A DNA stretch of 63,064 nucleotides, filler included, from Hyphochytrium catenoides (taxonomy: Eukaryota; Protista; Hyphochytriomycota), in assembly GCA_900088475.1 (NCBI GenBank). It is 11 parts of 11 records of this genome, joined end to end, with 100 filler letters (N's around TTAATTAATTAA, not from the genome) between each part and the next. Parts side by side here need not be neighbours in the genome. Positions count along the whole stretch, not along the records: positions 34,119 to 37,669 come from FLMG01004176.1; positions 37,770 to 42,512 come from FLMG01000645.1; positions 42,613 to 47,232 come from FLMG01003056.1; positions 47,333 to 53,732 come from FLMG01000344.1; 7 more parts are not named here. One strand, written 5' to 3'. The notes under the pieces were generated by a model. The model saw only the letters and a list, made by a program, of their open reading frames with translations. It did no database searches and was not told the DNA's origin. A program made the translations under genes and the position numbers. This document shows, one piece after another, positions 37,262-49,642 of this stretch; position 1 is the first letter of the stretch; every line of letters starts with the position of its first letter.

Positions 37262-37527
37262 CTCCGTCTCTGCCTCTGTCTCGTCTGCAGGGCACCTAGA
37301 TGGCATCAACTGAAGGGATGGCCGTTAGCGGCTAGTACAGTAACCGCTTTTTCTTCTTAGAGGACCTTCTCTCTCTCTTGGCAAACCTTTGGAAGGCATC
37401 AGCCTCCCCTTCTGATCAAGAGACTCATGGAGGAGAGAGAGAGAGCGCGCAGAGAACGACAGAGAGGGAGAACGGGAGAGAAGAGAGACGGAGAGAGACA
37501 GACAGAGAGAGAGAGAGAAAGAGAAAA

Positions 37528-37572
<45 letters not shown>

Positions 37573-37660
37573 TGAGATATTCGGAACTAGGAAGGTTTCC
37601 AAAGCGTAGCAGTGACACAGAAAGTGGAAGCCGATAAGTCTCATCGAGGACGGGGCCTCT
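34300..37660 (-). CDS. Unidentified multi-exon gene fragment with microsatellite-filled introns
   Basis: Short complex-sequence islands bounded by AG/GT between GA/CT tracts, e.g. FFDNFLVLQALLSFNSKDEELKEKIMRMVEEDETLLREKIE, a Pro-rich exon at ~36800-37100 and GCIAYVRASLAQKEDE. No family recognised and frame continuity not fully resolved. Confidence 0.45.
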
Positions 37661-39876
37661 CTCAGATTTNNNNNNNNNNNNNNNNNNNNNNNNNNNNNNN
37701 NNNNNNNNNNNNNTTAATTAATTAANNNNNNNNNNNNNNNNNNNNNNNNNNNNNNNNNNNNNNNNNNNNCTCTCTCTCCCTCCCCCCCTTCCCCCTTTTC
37801 CCCTTGCTTTTACCCTTCACCATTCCGTTGATTCTCTCTTGCCCAGTTTGATCAGCTAACAGCTAACCCTAACATTATCCGCCATTTAGGATATTGAAAC
37901 ATTTACGAAGTTACTCGGTCCTTACCCCAAAATACGCTTCATCTGCGACTTATTCCATACATAAAACCAGCAAATCTGTCCCATGTCTTTCGAATACGAA
38001 AACGCCCGTCTCCGACCAAAAGAAGCCATTCGCATGTCCTGATAATACGCCCACAAGCGACGGGTAACGGCTATGATTCTAGCAAAAGATTTCTTGAATG
38101 TGTATGGGCAGAGTGCACCAGAAGATGGCGCCACTGCTGTCTCTTGGATGTGGAAAGAGCACGGCCTTCATTCCATAAGGGAGAAGTTCGAGCAAAAGGC
38201 AGGCGTGAAGGAGGAGGAGGTCGGGAGAAGAAGAGAGAAGTCCCATTACTTAGTTGAGATCTGTCGCGACCAACCTGCAGGGCAGCAGCGGAGGGAGTAG
38301 AGTAGATGCCCTTTTGGAAGAGAAGATTCCGAGTCGCAACCAACTTGCGGGGCAGCAGCGGAGGGACTAGAGTGGGTGCCCTTAGAAGAGAAGGGCGAGA
38401 GAAGAGTTGATAGAGAAGGCGGATGACAGAGCCGGCACACTGTCTCCGAAGCACTTCAGGACCGAGAAAAGAGAGAGGAGATAAAGGTGCCGAAGAAGAA
38501 AGTAGTTAGGTACCTAGAGAGGACGGACTAGTAGCCATACCTTATAGGAGAGAAGAAAAGACAGCTCAGGACTCAGACAGACACCACTCCGTCGCCACTC
38601 AAACGTCCACTCCATTCTTCTTCTTTGGATAGCTCTTAGTTCAACGCCAATGGTCTAGCATGATTCACGGATGGAGAAATGTTTTGCTAGAGGATGTAGT
38701 TAGTTACTTTTAAGAGCCTTGAGGCAGCGCCGGCGTAAGCTTGCGTCTGATTTAGATCCATAGACAGTTGATATAGACGCAAAAGTGCGCTGACCACCGC
38801 AGCCACTCTGGTTGCTGGCATCCTTCTGCAGCCGGCTCTCTAAGTCTGTCATCCGGAGCCTTTTTGAAAGAGAAATGGGCGCTTCTGATAGTCTTTTCCT
38901 CTTAAAGCTGTATCATGATAGCTCAGAAAAGAAATCGTCTTATTTCTCCGTCAGCCTTTCCTCTCACTGCTCTCTCTTCCCTCTCCTTCCTTTATAGCGA
39001 GATGGCGACTCTGTTCTTTTGGTTTTGCATCTAGACAAAGGTCGGAGAAGTCGACGAGACAACGTGGCGATGGCAAGCTAACACCGCAACGACAGCAGCA
39101 GATGTGAGGCATGAGGTGTGTTCTAGAGCTAGTCTATCTCCCTCAGAGTTACTAGCTACTCTGCTCCTTTGCTTTCATTCGACGGCAAGACAAGAAAAGA
39201 GAGATGAAACTCTCTGAGCTAAGTAGCAGTCGTGATAGGGAGGAGAAAGAGAGCTAATAAAGAAAGCGAGCGAAGAAGGGGAGAAAGTGGAAGAAGGTAG
39301 CACCTTCTTGTCGCGATTTGGCAGTTAGCGCACACAATAGATGAACCTGCTCTTTCTCTCTTTCCGGAAGTCCTGATGCTTCTCATCCGCCAATTTCTTG
39401 CTCTGTCGGTCGTCATCACCTCCGGCGTGTCGCCTCATGTCATTCTTCTTCCTCTTCTTCTTCTCTTCCCATCACCCTTCCTGATCTTTGTTACTAGGAG
39501 GAGCTTAATGCTATTGTCACATACACTAGGTAGGGAGAGAGGGAGATGGATGTTGCCCGAATGCAGATCTGTTTCCTTGTTTCTTCTCTCTTTCTCTCTC
39601 TCTCCTCTCTCCTCATCTACTGGTTCATCAGGTGGTTGATCTCTGATTCTCTTCCTCAGATGACCGTCCTCCTCCTGTTCCTCTACTTCCCTATGATTTG
39701 CCCTGTCAATTGAGAGATGAACGAAGAAACAGTTAGGCAATGGTAGCTGAGCATTAGTAGCTGAGCAATAGCAGCTGAGCAATAGTTGTCTAGAGTAGCG
39801 TTAGCGGTAGGCAAAACGGCCTTTTTCGTTGAATAGATGCCAAGAATTTTTATAGTAGCCACTCTCTCTCTTTCTT

Positions 39877-39925
<49 letters not shown>

Positions 39926-40500
39926 CTCTCTCTCTTTCTTTCTCTCTCTCTCTCTTCTTTCTCTCTCTCTCCCTCTCTCTCTCTCTGTCTCTTCTCTGTT
40001 CGGTGCTCTCCCCTCTTGTCCGCTAGGAACTATTTTCCCTCGGCTGTGGTCTTCTCTTGAGATGCTGTGCGAAGCTGATCGGCGATCAACGCCATCCCTG
40101 ATCTTTCGGGTGTCTCCTTCCCTTCGCAGCCGTCCAGTCTCCCTCAAGGCATACAGCCCGCGGAGAGCGCAGCAGCGACGGGTAGGAGAAGAGAGAGAGA
40201 GGGAGCGAGACAGAGAGAGAGAGGCAGCGAGACAGAGAGAGAGAGGCAGGAACGGGAGAGCAAAAGCTAAGGGAGACGTAGAAATTCCGGTTGGGGTTTT
40301 CCATCCTGAACCGAGAGCAAAGAAGAAGGCAGCGCTGTTAGGAAGGGAAAGCCATTGTCATCCCATCATCCCCCGACTCACTAGCCTCACCCTAGGAGAG
40401 GTGCCTAGAAGAATCAATAAAGAGCCAGGCATACTGAGTTACAGAGAAAGAGAGAAGAGAGAGAGGAGAGAGAGAGAGAGAGAGAGAGAAGTCCCAAGCG

Positions 40501-41231
40501 ATGAAAGCCGCTCTCCGCGCTCTGCATGTCAGGCCCAGGCCCTTGGGTTGGACGCCGCCGCCGCCACGGTCATCCTCTCTCTCTTTTCTGTCCGCATGTC
40601 AGAGGACTGGTCGCAGGGATGAGAGAGAGACGAGGAGAGAGACAAGATCCTATCACGGAGAGCCGCAGATTAGGCGCGCTCTGAACCGAGTGTGGACCGA
40701 AGAGGCCAAAGAAGCATTTGTTTGGCAAGAGAAGTGTAGTCAGGTGAGGGAAAGAAGAGAGAGAGAGAGAGAGTGACTAGTATCTCTCTATGTCTTTCCT
40801 CGCTTACTCTCTCTCTCTTTGCCTCTCTGTCTCTCTCTCCCTTTGACGCTGTTTGCTATCTCTAGATCGAGGTCGTAGGCTTAAACGACCAGGTGGTAGA
40901 CTCTGTCTCGGATGGCTCATTGAACGCCTGTGAGAATCTGATCGACCGGCACTTGAAAGCAAGAGGAGACAGAGTCGCGATCTTCTGGAAGAGCGCGGAC
41001 GATGACCCTGTCGTCAGGTGAGTCGGACTTCCTCATTTTTTGCCCTTAGAAAGAGACCATAAAGGTCTCTCTCTCCCTGTCTCTCTCTGTCTCTCTCTCT
41101 CCCTCTCCTCTTCTTCCTTTCTTTCTTTCTTTCTCCTCGTAAATTAGCTCGTAGCTGTCACTGATCGCTCGGTGCAGTTTTTTGCTCTTTCTGCTCCTTT
41201 CTCCCAGCTTCCATTTTACTCTGTTCAAAAG

Positions 41232-41283
<52 letters not shown>

Positions 41284-42286
41284 TGTCTCTCGTCCAATAA
41301 CCATTTATATAACACTCATCGCTCACTCATGTCTCCCACTCTCCCTGCAGACGCATCACCTACCGAGATCTTCACTCTCTCGTCTGCTCCACAGCTTCTT
41401 ATCTGCAGCAGGAGCTGGGACTCAAGCAAGGAGACAACGTCCTTCTCTATCTTCCACGACTGCCAGAGACCGTCTTCTACATTCTGGCTTGTGCCAGACT
41501 AGGCATTTCCTACTCCGTGGCCCATCCCACAGCCTCTCCCCAAGAGCTGAACCGATACATTGACAGGCATAAGCCCAAGCTGATTGTCACGAGCAATCAT
41601 CCATCGAGAGAAGAGAGACGAGCAACGGTTGACTCTTCCTCGAGAAGAGGAGGCGAGGGAGAAGGATGTTCTGGAGTCCTTCTTCCTTGTAAGGAGAAGG
41701 TGGACAAGCTGCTGGAATGGAGCTCTGTGCCGCACGTCGTGGTGGTGGAGCGATGGAAAGAGAAGGGAGAGACGATGATGACGGGGAACAGGGACTATTG
41801 GCACCATGAGCTGCTGAACAAGAGAGAGGGGGACATTGTGGCTCCTGTTGTTGTCCCAGCGGACTCTCCACTCTTCTACACGTTCAGCTCCTCATCACGT
41901 AGGTGCTTTTATCCTCTCCATCTGTCTCTTCTCTCTCTCTCTTGTTCTCTCTCTCTTATTCTTTCCACTGTCGCTTTTCATCTGTTCCTCATTCTTTTTC
42001 CTCTGCCTCTCTTTTTCTTTTCTCTATCGTCTCTCTTCTCTCCTAGTTTCGTCTTATCTGGGTTAACTGTGATCGAACCTTATTTGTTCTTTCTCTCCCC
42101 TTCTCTCTCTCTTTCTTGCCTGTTCTCTCATCTCCCTGTCCCCTCCAGACGCCCCTCATAGCGTGGTTGGCTATCTGATGCACCTGAAGATGACGCTGCA
42201 GATGGAATACAATTTTACTCACGAGGACAGGTTCTGGTGCGTCGCTGACGTCTCCGAGACCAACGGCCACAGCTACGGAGTGTATG
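40501..42286 (+). CDS. Divergent acetyl-CoA synthetase-like (ANL superfamily) protein, 5' part; exons 40501-40743, 40866-41017, 41351-41898, 42149-42286
   Basis: DGSLNACENLIDRHL..RGDRVAIFW, RITYRDL, LGLKQGDNVLLYLPRLPE..LACARLG, DRFWCVADV..GHSYGVY. All splice junctions stay in frame. Arg-rich, acid-poor N-terminus. Confidence 0.85.
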
Positions 42287-42612
42287 GTGAGCAGCTAGAT
42301 AGAGAGTTAGGGCGAGAAGCAGGGGGCGGAAAGGAGGCCGTCGTTGGATGGGCGGAGAGGAAGACAGCTAGATGAGAAAGATGAGAGAGAGAGAGAGAGA
42401 GAGACAGTGTAAAGTCACAGCTACTGGTTGGAGAGCTGGAGCTGCCATAGAGGGAACGTGCGTCGTCAAACCGCGAGGAGGCACAGGGCAAGAGAAAGAG
42501 AGAGAGAGAGAGNNNNNNNNNNNNNNNNNNNNNNNNNNNNNNNNNNNNNNNNNNNNTTAATTAATTAANNNNNNNNNNNNNNNNNNNNNNNNNNNNNNNN
42601 NNNNNNNNNNNN

Positions 42613-43170
42613 CCAACTGGCCGCATCATCTGAGGATATCCAGTCGTAGGTAACTCTATGCCTGACTTTGGTCCGTGTCGCTGCGAGAAGAGACCTTTGC
42701 CACCTCACTCTGTCGGTTACCTTCCTATGTGTTGGATGATGCTTGTCAAAAGCTGAGAAGTTCCTTTCTGCAATCAGAAGGTTGGTATCGTACGCTTTCA
42801 TCAATGAGCTCCCGTCCCTTATTCTGCCAGTGAGAATATAGTGGAATGTTGCCTCTGCGCGGCGGCCGCTCTCCATAACAAAGAAAAGGAGTAAGGCAAT
42901 GAGAAAAGCAGGAGAGCTGAGGGCCGAGATCCCATCTTTCTATCGATAAGGAGCATGGCCACCTGCCTCTGGGCAGCAGCAGCGACCTCTCCTCTGTAGA
43001 GAGCATCAAGCAGCTCACTGGAGAGAGGTCTTCGGAAGGAGGGGACAATGCTAAGGACCGAAGTTTGCAGAGGAGAGAGCAAGGTAGGGAAGAGTGACGA
43101 GGAGAAACACTTACATCGCCCACAATGTCTTGCTGTTGTTTGTTCTAGTGCGCGGCGAACCTTGGAACCT
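42613..43170 (-). CDS. Possible exons of an unidentified gene cut by the contig end
   Basis: GT-AG bounded segments with open frames (e.g. AEATFHYILTGRIRDGSSLMKAYDTNLLIAERNF). No recognised motif. Confidence 0.3.
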
Positions 43171-44131
43171 GCGAGCGATCTGTCTCACAGACTCTCTCCC
43201 TCTGTCTTTCCTTAGAAGCTTCTGGAGTCTGAATAATGCTTGGCTTTATTGATTCTCTCGGATATCTCAATCCCCTCTTTCTCCCTTTCTCATTACCTCT
43301 CACCTGCCCACATTGTGGGGAGCGATCAGCTAAGGAACTACGAACCATCAAACCCTGTCTCTGTCCTCTCCTCCTGCTCTCTTCCTAAGTTATGTAAAGA
43401 GAGAGATTCAACTTCAACCAACGAGAGCGATGTAGTCGTAATTTGAGTATGTGCGTCTTTTTGCTAAAGGTTCTGAATGCTAGGAATACACACGGGCGTG
43501 GTCATCTTGATAGAGAACTGAAGGCTTACAGCGCCGTTATCGGGCACTGGCTCCTCATCTTCAGGAGAATGGATGAGACCCAGACTTGGCAGCCCAGCCA
43601 GGAGCCAGTGTAGAAACTGCAGAGCTGCCTCCCTCGGCTGGCACATCATGGGATGCAAAGAACGTTAGGATGTAGATAGGCAGGTGCGTTGATGATGCTG
43701 GCTACCGCAGAAGATGGACGCTGTCTTGATGGCTGTGTTGTCGGACTACAGGTTAAGAGCATCTGTCAAAGCCAATGCTGAAATGGGATCGCTGATGAGG
43801 TAGAGGTAGATGACATGACAGTCATATGTATATCTAACAGAGTTCTCAAAAGGGTTCTAGTTGGATTACGCTGAGCATAGATTGCGGTGTCTTGGGATGG
43901 ATATATTCACTGAATCTTACTGACTTTGCCTTATGGGATGGCCCAGCAGGAGGAGGTATCAGATCAGGCTTCTTGCTCCTGATCCTAGAACACTTCAATT
44001 TGGCACTGACGTGGATAAGCTCATGGCTGTATCCTTCTCGCCCCTTGAACCCCATCTATCTCTCCCGTGCCACTAAAGTTTCACACCCTAATAGTAGAAA
44101 GCATAAATAGTGATGAAGATCCGCCATGGCC

Positions 44132-47100
44132 TCAGATGTCGAAGAATCTGAGTCCGTGAAGCCTCAACTTCCGCTCAAATACAGCTTGATCTATCACCTT
44201 TCCGTCATTGAAGGACTAACATTGTATCCAAGAAGGCAGAAGTGAGGACTAAGTCAGCCATGAAGGGGGAAGAGACATCGGATCACCTTTGCTAGCTCCT
44301 GCACATGATCCTCCGGCACATTCGTATGCTTGAACTTCAAATAAAATATGTCTCGCAAAAGATTCCTCATCTCCTCTGTATCTAGGTGCCCACTAGAGTC
44401 TGCATCGTACCTCGTCCAGATCGACTGACGAAGACCAAGCGGAGTCGCAGCAGGAAGGAGATAGAATTGAGACGGTTGAGAGTGAGTACAAAGGGATAGA
44501 AATATGGCAACCAAGACGTCACAGCTAGAGGTGCGCGCTAGGTAAGAGCAATCTTGTTAGTGACACAGCGTCTCTCATGTCAGACACTAGAGACACAGGT
44601 GTTGACAACGTAACCGCATACCTTAATAGCTTCTGTGGAGAGTGACATCGACCCATCGAAGCGACTTAAAAAGTGCGCAGATGGCGGCCGTGACCTTCTC
44701 AACAGGTAATCGGCGCTTCTCATCTCATTAATGCGACTAACAGTGCGATCGAAGGCGAAAACCTCATCCACCGCACCCGCAGATATACCCGACGGAGAGA
44801 AGAGCTCTTCCGGAAGGCCGCTTGCCCGGAAGATGACCTGAGGCCGCAGGAAAGGGGCAGGATGCAGAAGATGAGTTAGTCCGATCCCGAAGGCGTCCTA
44901 GTTGGAGCAAAGAAAATATTACCTTCACTTGATGGTCATACAATGCGTCAATCAGCGTTATCATTCGGCGAACCTGGTGTCAGACCAAATAACCGAGAGC
45001 GGGGTAAGTCGGGAGTAACAAGACTTTTGAAAGGCAAACTGAGAAGCTAATGTCGGCATATCACTTGATGTCCCCAAAAAAATCACTCCTATGTCCTATC
45101 ACCTGGTTGAGATCGTTGCTGGAGAGGCGCGGAAGGTCGTCCAGAAAAATGGTGTGGAACGCTTTGGATAGGGCAATGTAGTCAGCTGCTCCAAGGGGCC
45201 GGTCGCATAGCTCTCCGAATGAAAATCTTGCGAGCTCACCAGGGACTGCGTTTCTAACTTCCAGCTGGGACAGCTTGTGAGTAAGAGTCGTAATCGGTCC
45301 CTCCCCGTCTCAATGTTATTGGGACTTGGCAGATTGACCTACCCTCCGTCCTTGAGCAACCACATCCTGCGACCCTATCCGCTTGTCCTAAACAGAGTGA
45401 TTAGTATTTTTTAGTCACAAATCTGTGCAGGTCAGCATTTTGGCTTACCTGAGTCAGCAAACGAAATATACTGTCAAACTCTCTTTTCGTGCCTTCTGTG
45501 AGAGGGTGGAAGTATGCATCATGGTTGAGCCCAGTATCCTGCATGGTAATTATAAAAGAGAGGAGGCAAGAGAGTGAACCTTCAGTTCTACCGACGACGC
45601 TGTCCCTCTATTAGTCATGTGGACAACGTCTACGTCACCTTCTTCATAAGCCGGTAGTCCGTCGCCGATTCGTCTAGTGAAATAATCCGACACTTCTGTT
45701 TGAGAAGGTCAATAAAAGGAAGAAACAGCTGACGTTGCAAGCCATTCTTATAGAGTTCCTGGTCACCCGGAGGAGGTCGAGAGTACGCGTTAGTAGAGAT
45801 CAGAACCGAGGTGGTGATAGTAATCAAAGGAGGTCTGTGGACTATCGCTCTTATAACTTAGGCGATTGTAACATATATACCTCTGGAGGACGGTTGGAAG
45901 TTGCTACAACCACTGCTCCTTTTTCTAGCATCGCCGAGAAAAGACGGCGCAGTATCATAGCATCAGCAACGTCTGTCACCTGCAAATCATAATAGTGGAG
46001 CGCAGCTTAGCAAAATCTTCCCCATTGAAAGATAATCATATCCAGAAGTCTGCCTGTAGTATCCCACAACTCGTCTGCTTGATAAAGCTAGAGCCAGGAT
46101 GCACATCAAGCACAAGCAAGCCAGATAGGTGAGAGCACAAGGAGCTTATGGGCATCTCGGCGATCCGTCAGCAGATATGTTACCTGGAATTCGTCGAAAC
46201 AGATTAGCCACGCTGTGCCTATCATATCCCTCACTATGTGCTGCAAAGGATCACCATCCGTTTTCGACTGACGTAGAGAATGGAGACGGTCGTGCACCTG
46301 CCAAAGGAGGAATAAGCAGGTGAACGCATTGTGCCAGGGCGGCGACGCATGGAGGGAAGAAAGTAATGCTAACCTCCAGCATGAAATCGTGAAAATGTAC
46401 TCTGCGCTTCTTGTCTACGGGTACTTGATGGAAGAACAGATCCATCAGAAATGTCTGAGGAACGCACGAAGTAAGGTAAGGACCTGACCTAGCCTTAGCC
46501 AGAAGCAAACGCATAAACGCCCGAGACGTAGGATGCAAAACGGATTGCAAAGGCCGCATTGGATTGATGTGTAAATGAAAATGGATGGGCGACGGGCGCC
46601 CGCAGGCTGGACAGAGGAAGAAGCGACATGGGCAAGCAACCACAAAGGCGGGAAAGAGATCAGGGCAGCAACGTTAAGAGAACACATATGCACCATTAGA
46701 GCTTAAGCTGGACTAGTAAAACTGGCATATTGCAACCCAGACACAGCAGAATAAGGAAGAGGAGACTAGAGGGAAAACTAACCTTCCCACATCCCACTCC
46801 TCCATGCATGTAGATGCCTTTCGGAGCCACTTTCCTCTCGGCTAAACCCCACCGATGCACCCACGTCTCCTCCTCAGGCTGATAACTCTTCACAGTGTTA
46901 TGTAAGTCCTGGGACAAGACAAACCATTACGAGCTTGGAGAGGCGAGGAGATAGTCATCAAAGAGAGAGCAGACTGGCAGAGAGTAAGTGGATAAATGGT
47001 AAAGCGATGCTAAGCAACAAGTGTAGAGGACTCGTCGGGCAGAACGTGGCCTGGCGAGCTATGAAAAGTGAGCATGGCCTATTGACCTGTAAAGGTTGCA

Positions 47101-47232
47101 GGGCCCGCAATTGTGCGGCGTCTAGGTGGATCTCCTTCTTCCGAACAGCATCACGGTACGCTAACAAGGGTCCATCTCGTACACTGGCTGTCAATTGGTC
47201 CAGGTCCGCTATTCCGCTAGCAGCAGAGTGCA
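44132..47232 (-). CDS. AFG1: AFG1/LACE1/ZapE-family ATPase with a C-terminal EF-hand extension, ~13 exons, 5'-truncated
   Basis: Walker [15 protein letters not shown]|TFLMDLF; RVHFHDFM; Walker B ICFDEFQ|[10 protein letters not shown]; VATSNRPP; LYKNGLQR; [11 protein letters not shown]; [12 protein letters not shown]; [13 protein letters not shown]. Spliced in frame to an exon with [12 protein letters not shown]. Confidence 0.95.
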
Positions 47233-47925
47233 NNNNNNNNNNNNNNNNNNNNNNNNNNNNNNNNNNNNNNNNNNNNTTAATTAATTAANNNNNNNNNNNN
47301 NNNNNNNNNNNNNNNNNNNNNNNNNNNNNNNNGAGAGAGAGAGAGAGAAAGAAGGAAAGAAAGAGAGAGAGAGAGAAAGAGGGAGAGAGAAAGAGAAAGA
47401 AGGAGAGAGAAAGAGAGAGAGAGAGAAAGAAAGAGAGAGAGAGAAAGGGAGAGGGGAGAGAGAGAGAGAGAGAAGTGTCTGTCACGTTGGAAAGCTTGTG
47501 TGGGGGCTTCCTTTGTAGGTGTAGGCTTTCTATATCACGATCATCGGTAGTGCTCCAGGGGTGAGACAGAGCGTAGCTAGAGAGAAAAAGAGAGAGAGAG
47601 AGAGAGAGAGACAGGGACAGAGAGAGAGAAGAACAAGAGAGAGAGAGAGAGAGCGGAGGAGGGGTTTTTGTGTATGTGTGCGGGAGAGGGAGGGAGGTTC
47701 AAATGTGAGACGAGGGAATACATGCGTTGCATGAGAATTACTTCTCCGAACGATAAGGCAAGAAGAGAGAGAAAGAAAAAAGGAAAGAGAGAGAGAGAGA
47801 GAGACAGAGAGAGAGAATAGAAGGGAGAGACTGGGAGGGAAAACCAGCCCGCGCTCTCTCTCTATCTTTCTCTCTTTCTGCCTCACTCTTGTCTTTATTT
47901 GGGTTTGTCTCTCTCTCCTTGACGT

Positions 47926-48873
47926 ACCGCAAGGCATTCATAGTACTTCTGAGCTTGGTTGCATCCACCTGATGGGAGAGAGAGAGAGAAAGAGAGATGA
48001 AAGAGAGAGAGATGGCACTGAGTAATCAAGAGCAGGGGAGAGAGAGAGCAGGACTGAGATGAAAAAAAAAAACAGAGGTCGAGAAAGAGAGAAAAATAGA
48101 GAGAGGGAGAGATGCAAAGGAAGTGAAAGAGAGTGAGAATGAAAGAAAGACAGATTGGAACAGAGAAAGGAGAACAAGTGAGGACCGAGGGACCGCTGTA
48201 AGGAGAGGATGGAGAAAGAGAGCGCGGTCAAGAGCTCTTTCTCTCTCTCTCTTCCTTACCAGGTAAGGTCTCTCACTTGGAACTGTAAAGTACTTGGAAA
48301 AGAGATCGGCTCTCCCTCTCTCTCCTTCACTCTCTCTCTCTTCCGCTGGTTGGACTCCTCCGTCACTCTCTCCTCTTTCTGAGCTTCTCTCTTGCACATC
48401 TACGTCCGTAAGAAAGAAAGAGAGATAGTCTCTCTTCTGTTCCTCTTCTCTGCCTTCAGTCTCTTCTGCATGAGGTTCCTCTGTTTCCTTTCCTGAGCTG
48501 TCTCCCTCCGCTCCTCCTCTCTCTCTCTCTTCCCTCCTGGCGGGAGAAGAGACAGGAGCCTTGGAGAGAGAGGGAGAGAGAGACAGAGGGAGAAAGGCTT
48601 ACTCCTTTGTTACTAATGTCTCTTTTTCTCGGTCCTCTCATTTTGGCTTTTCCTTCATAGCCCTTCCCCTCTGACCCTAACAGACCGCCCCTCTCCCTCC
48701 CCATTCTTTCCCCCAATTTCTCTCTCTCTCTCTCTCTTTCTCTCTTTCTTTCTCTCTCCTTCCCTGTCTCTCTCTCCACATCTATGTGTATCTACCTTCT
48801 ATCTATCTTCTCTATCTCTTCCTTCTCTCTTTCCCTCCGCTCTCTCTCTCTCTCTTTCCCTCCGCTCTCTCTT

Positions 48874-48955
<82 letters not shown>

Positions 48956-49194
48956 CTCTCACAACTCATGTTATTTATTGTCTCTCATCATTCTCTCTGG
49001 CTCACTCTCCTGCATACCTTAAGTATGGGAAAGTTGTATCTCCTCCGCTGCTCTGTGTCTTTCTGGGGGAGAGTCATAGGCGAGATGTGCAGGATGTTCA
49101 GAAGAAGAGAGCTGCCCTGCCGCCGCTCTAATGTTAGCTTGGGGAAAAGAGGATGACGGGCGGCTGGGAGAGAAAGAGAAGAGAAGAGAAAAAT

Positions 49195-49242
<48 letters not shown>

Positions 49243-49611
49243 AGAGAGAGAGAAAGAGAGACATGCAAGAGAGAGCATGAAAAAGAGAGCGACGAGAGAG
49301 AGCGAGGTGTTTCAATAAGTGTTCAACCAGCATCTCAAGGGAAGAGAGAAGACAGACGAGAGAGGAAGAAAGGGAGAGAGGAAAAGAGAGAACGGGGGGG
49401 TGGAGGGGGAGAGAGAGAGAGAGAGAGAAGAGAGAGCAGGAGAGAGAGACGCACTGAGTAGCAGACGGGATGCGAGATGCATATGACTTCAAGAGTTTGG
49501 GAAGAGAGACGGGGAACAAGAAAGAGAAAAGAAAGATGTCATACTGGAAGCAGTGTAGGAGAAGAGAGNNNNNNNNNNNNNNNNNNNNNNNNNNNNNCGT
49601 AGGTCGAATCC

Positions 49612-49642
<31 letters not shown>

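Noticed and set aside
37855-37875. Telomere at CTAACCCTAAC
   Set aside because: Fewer than two full units and not at the contig end.
39837-40622. 261-aa ORF before the ACS-like gene
   Set aside because: Mostly SLSL/RERE microsatellite translation, in a different frame from the ACS exon.
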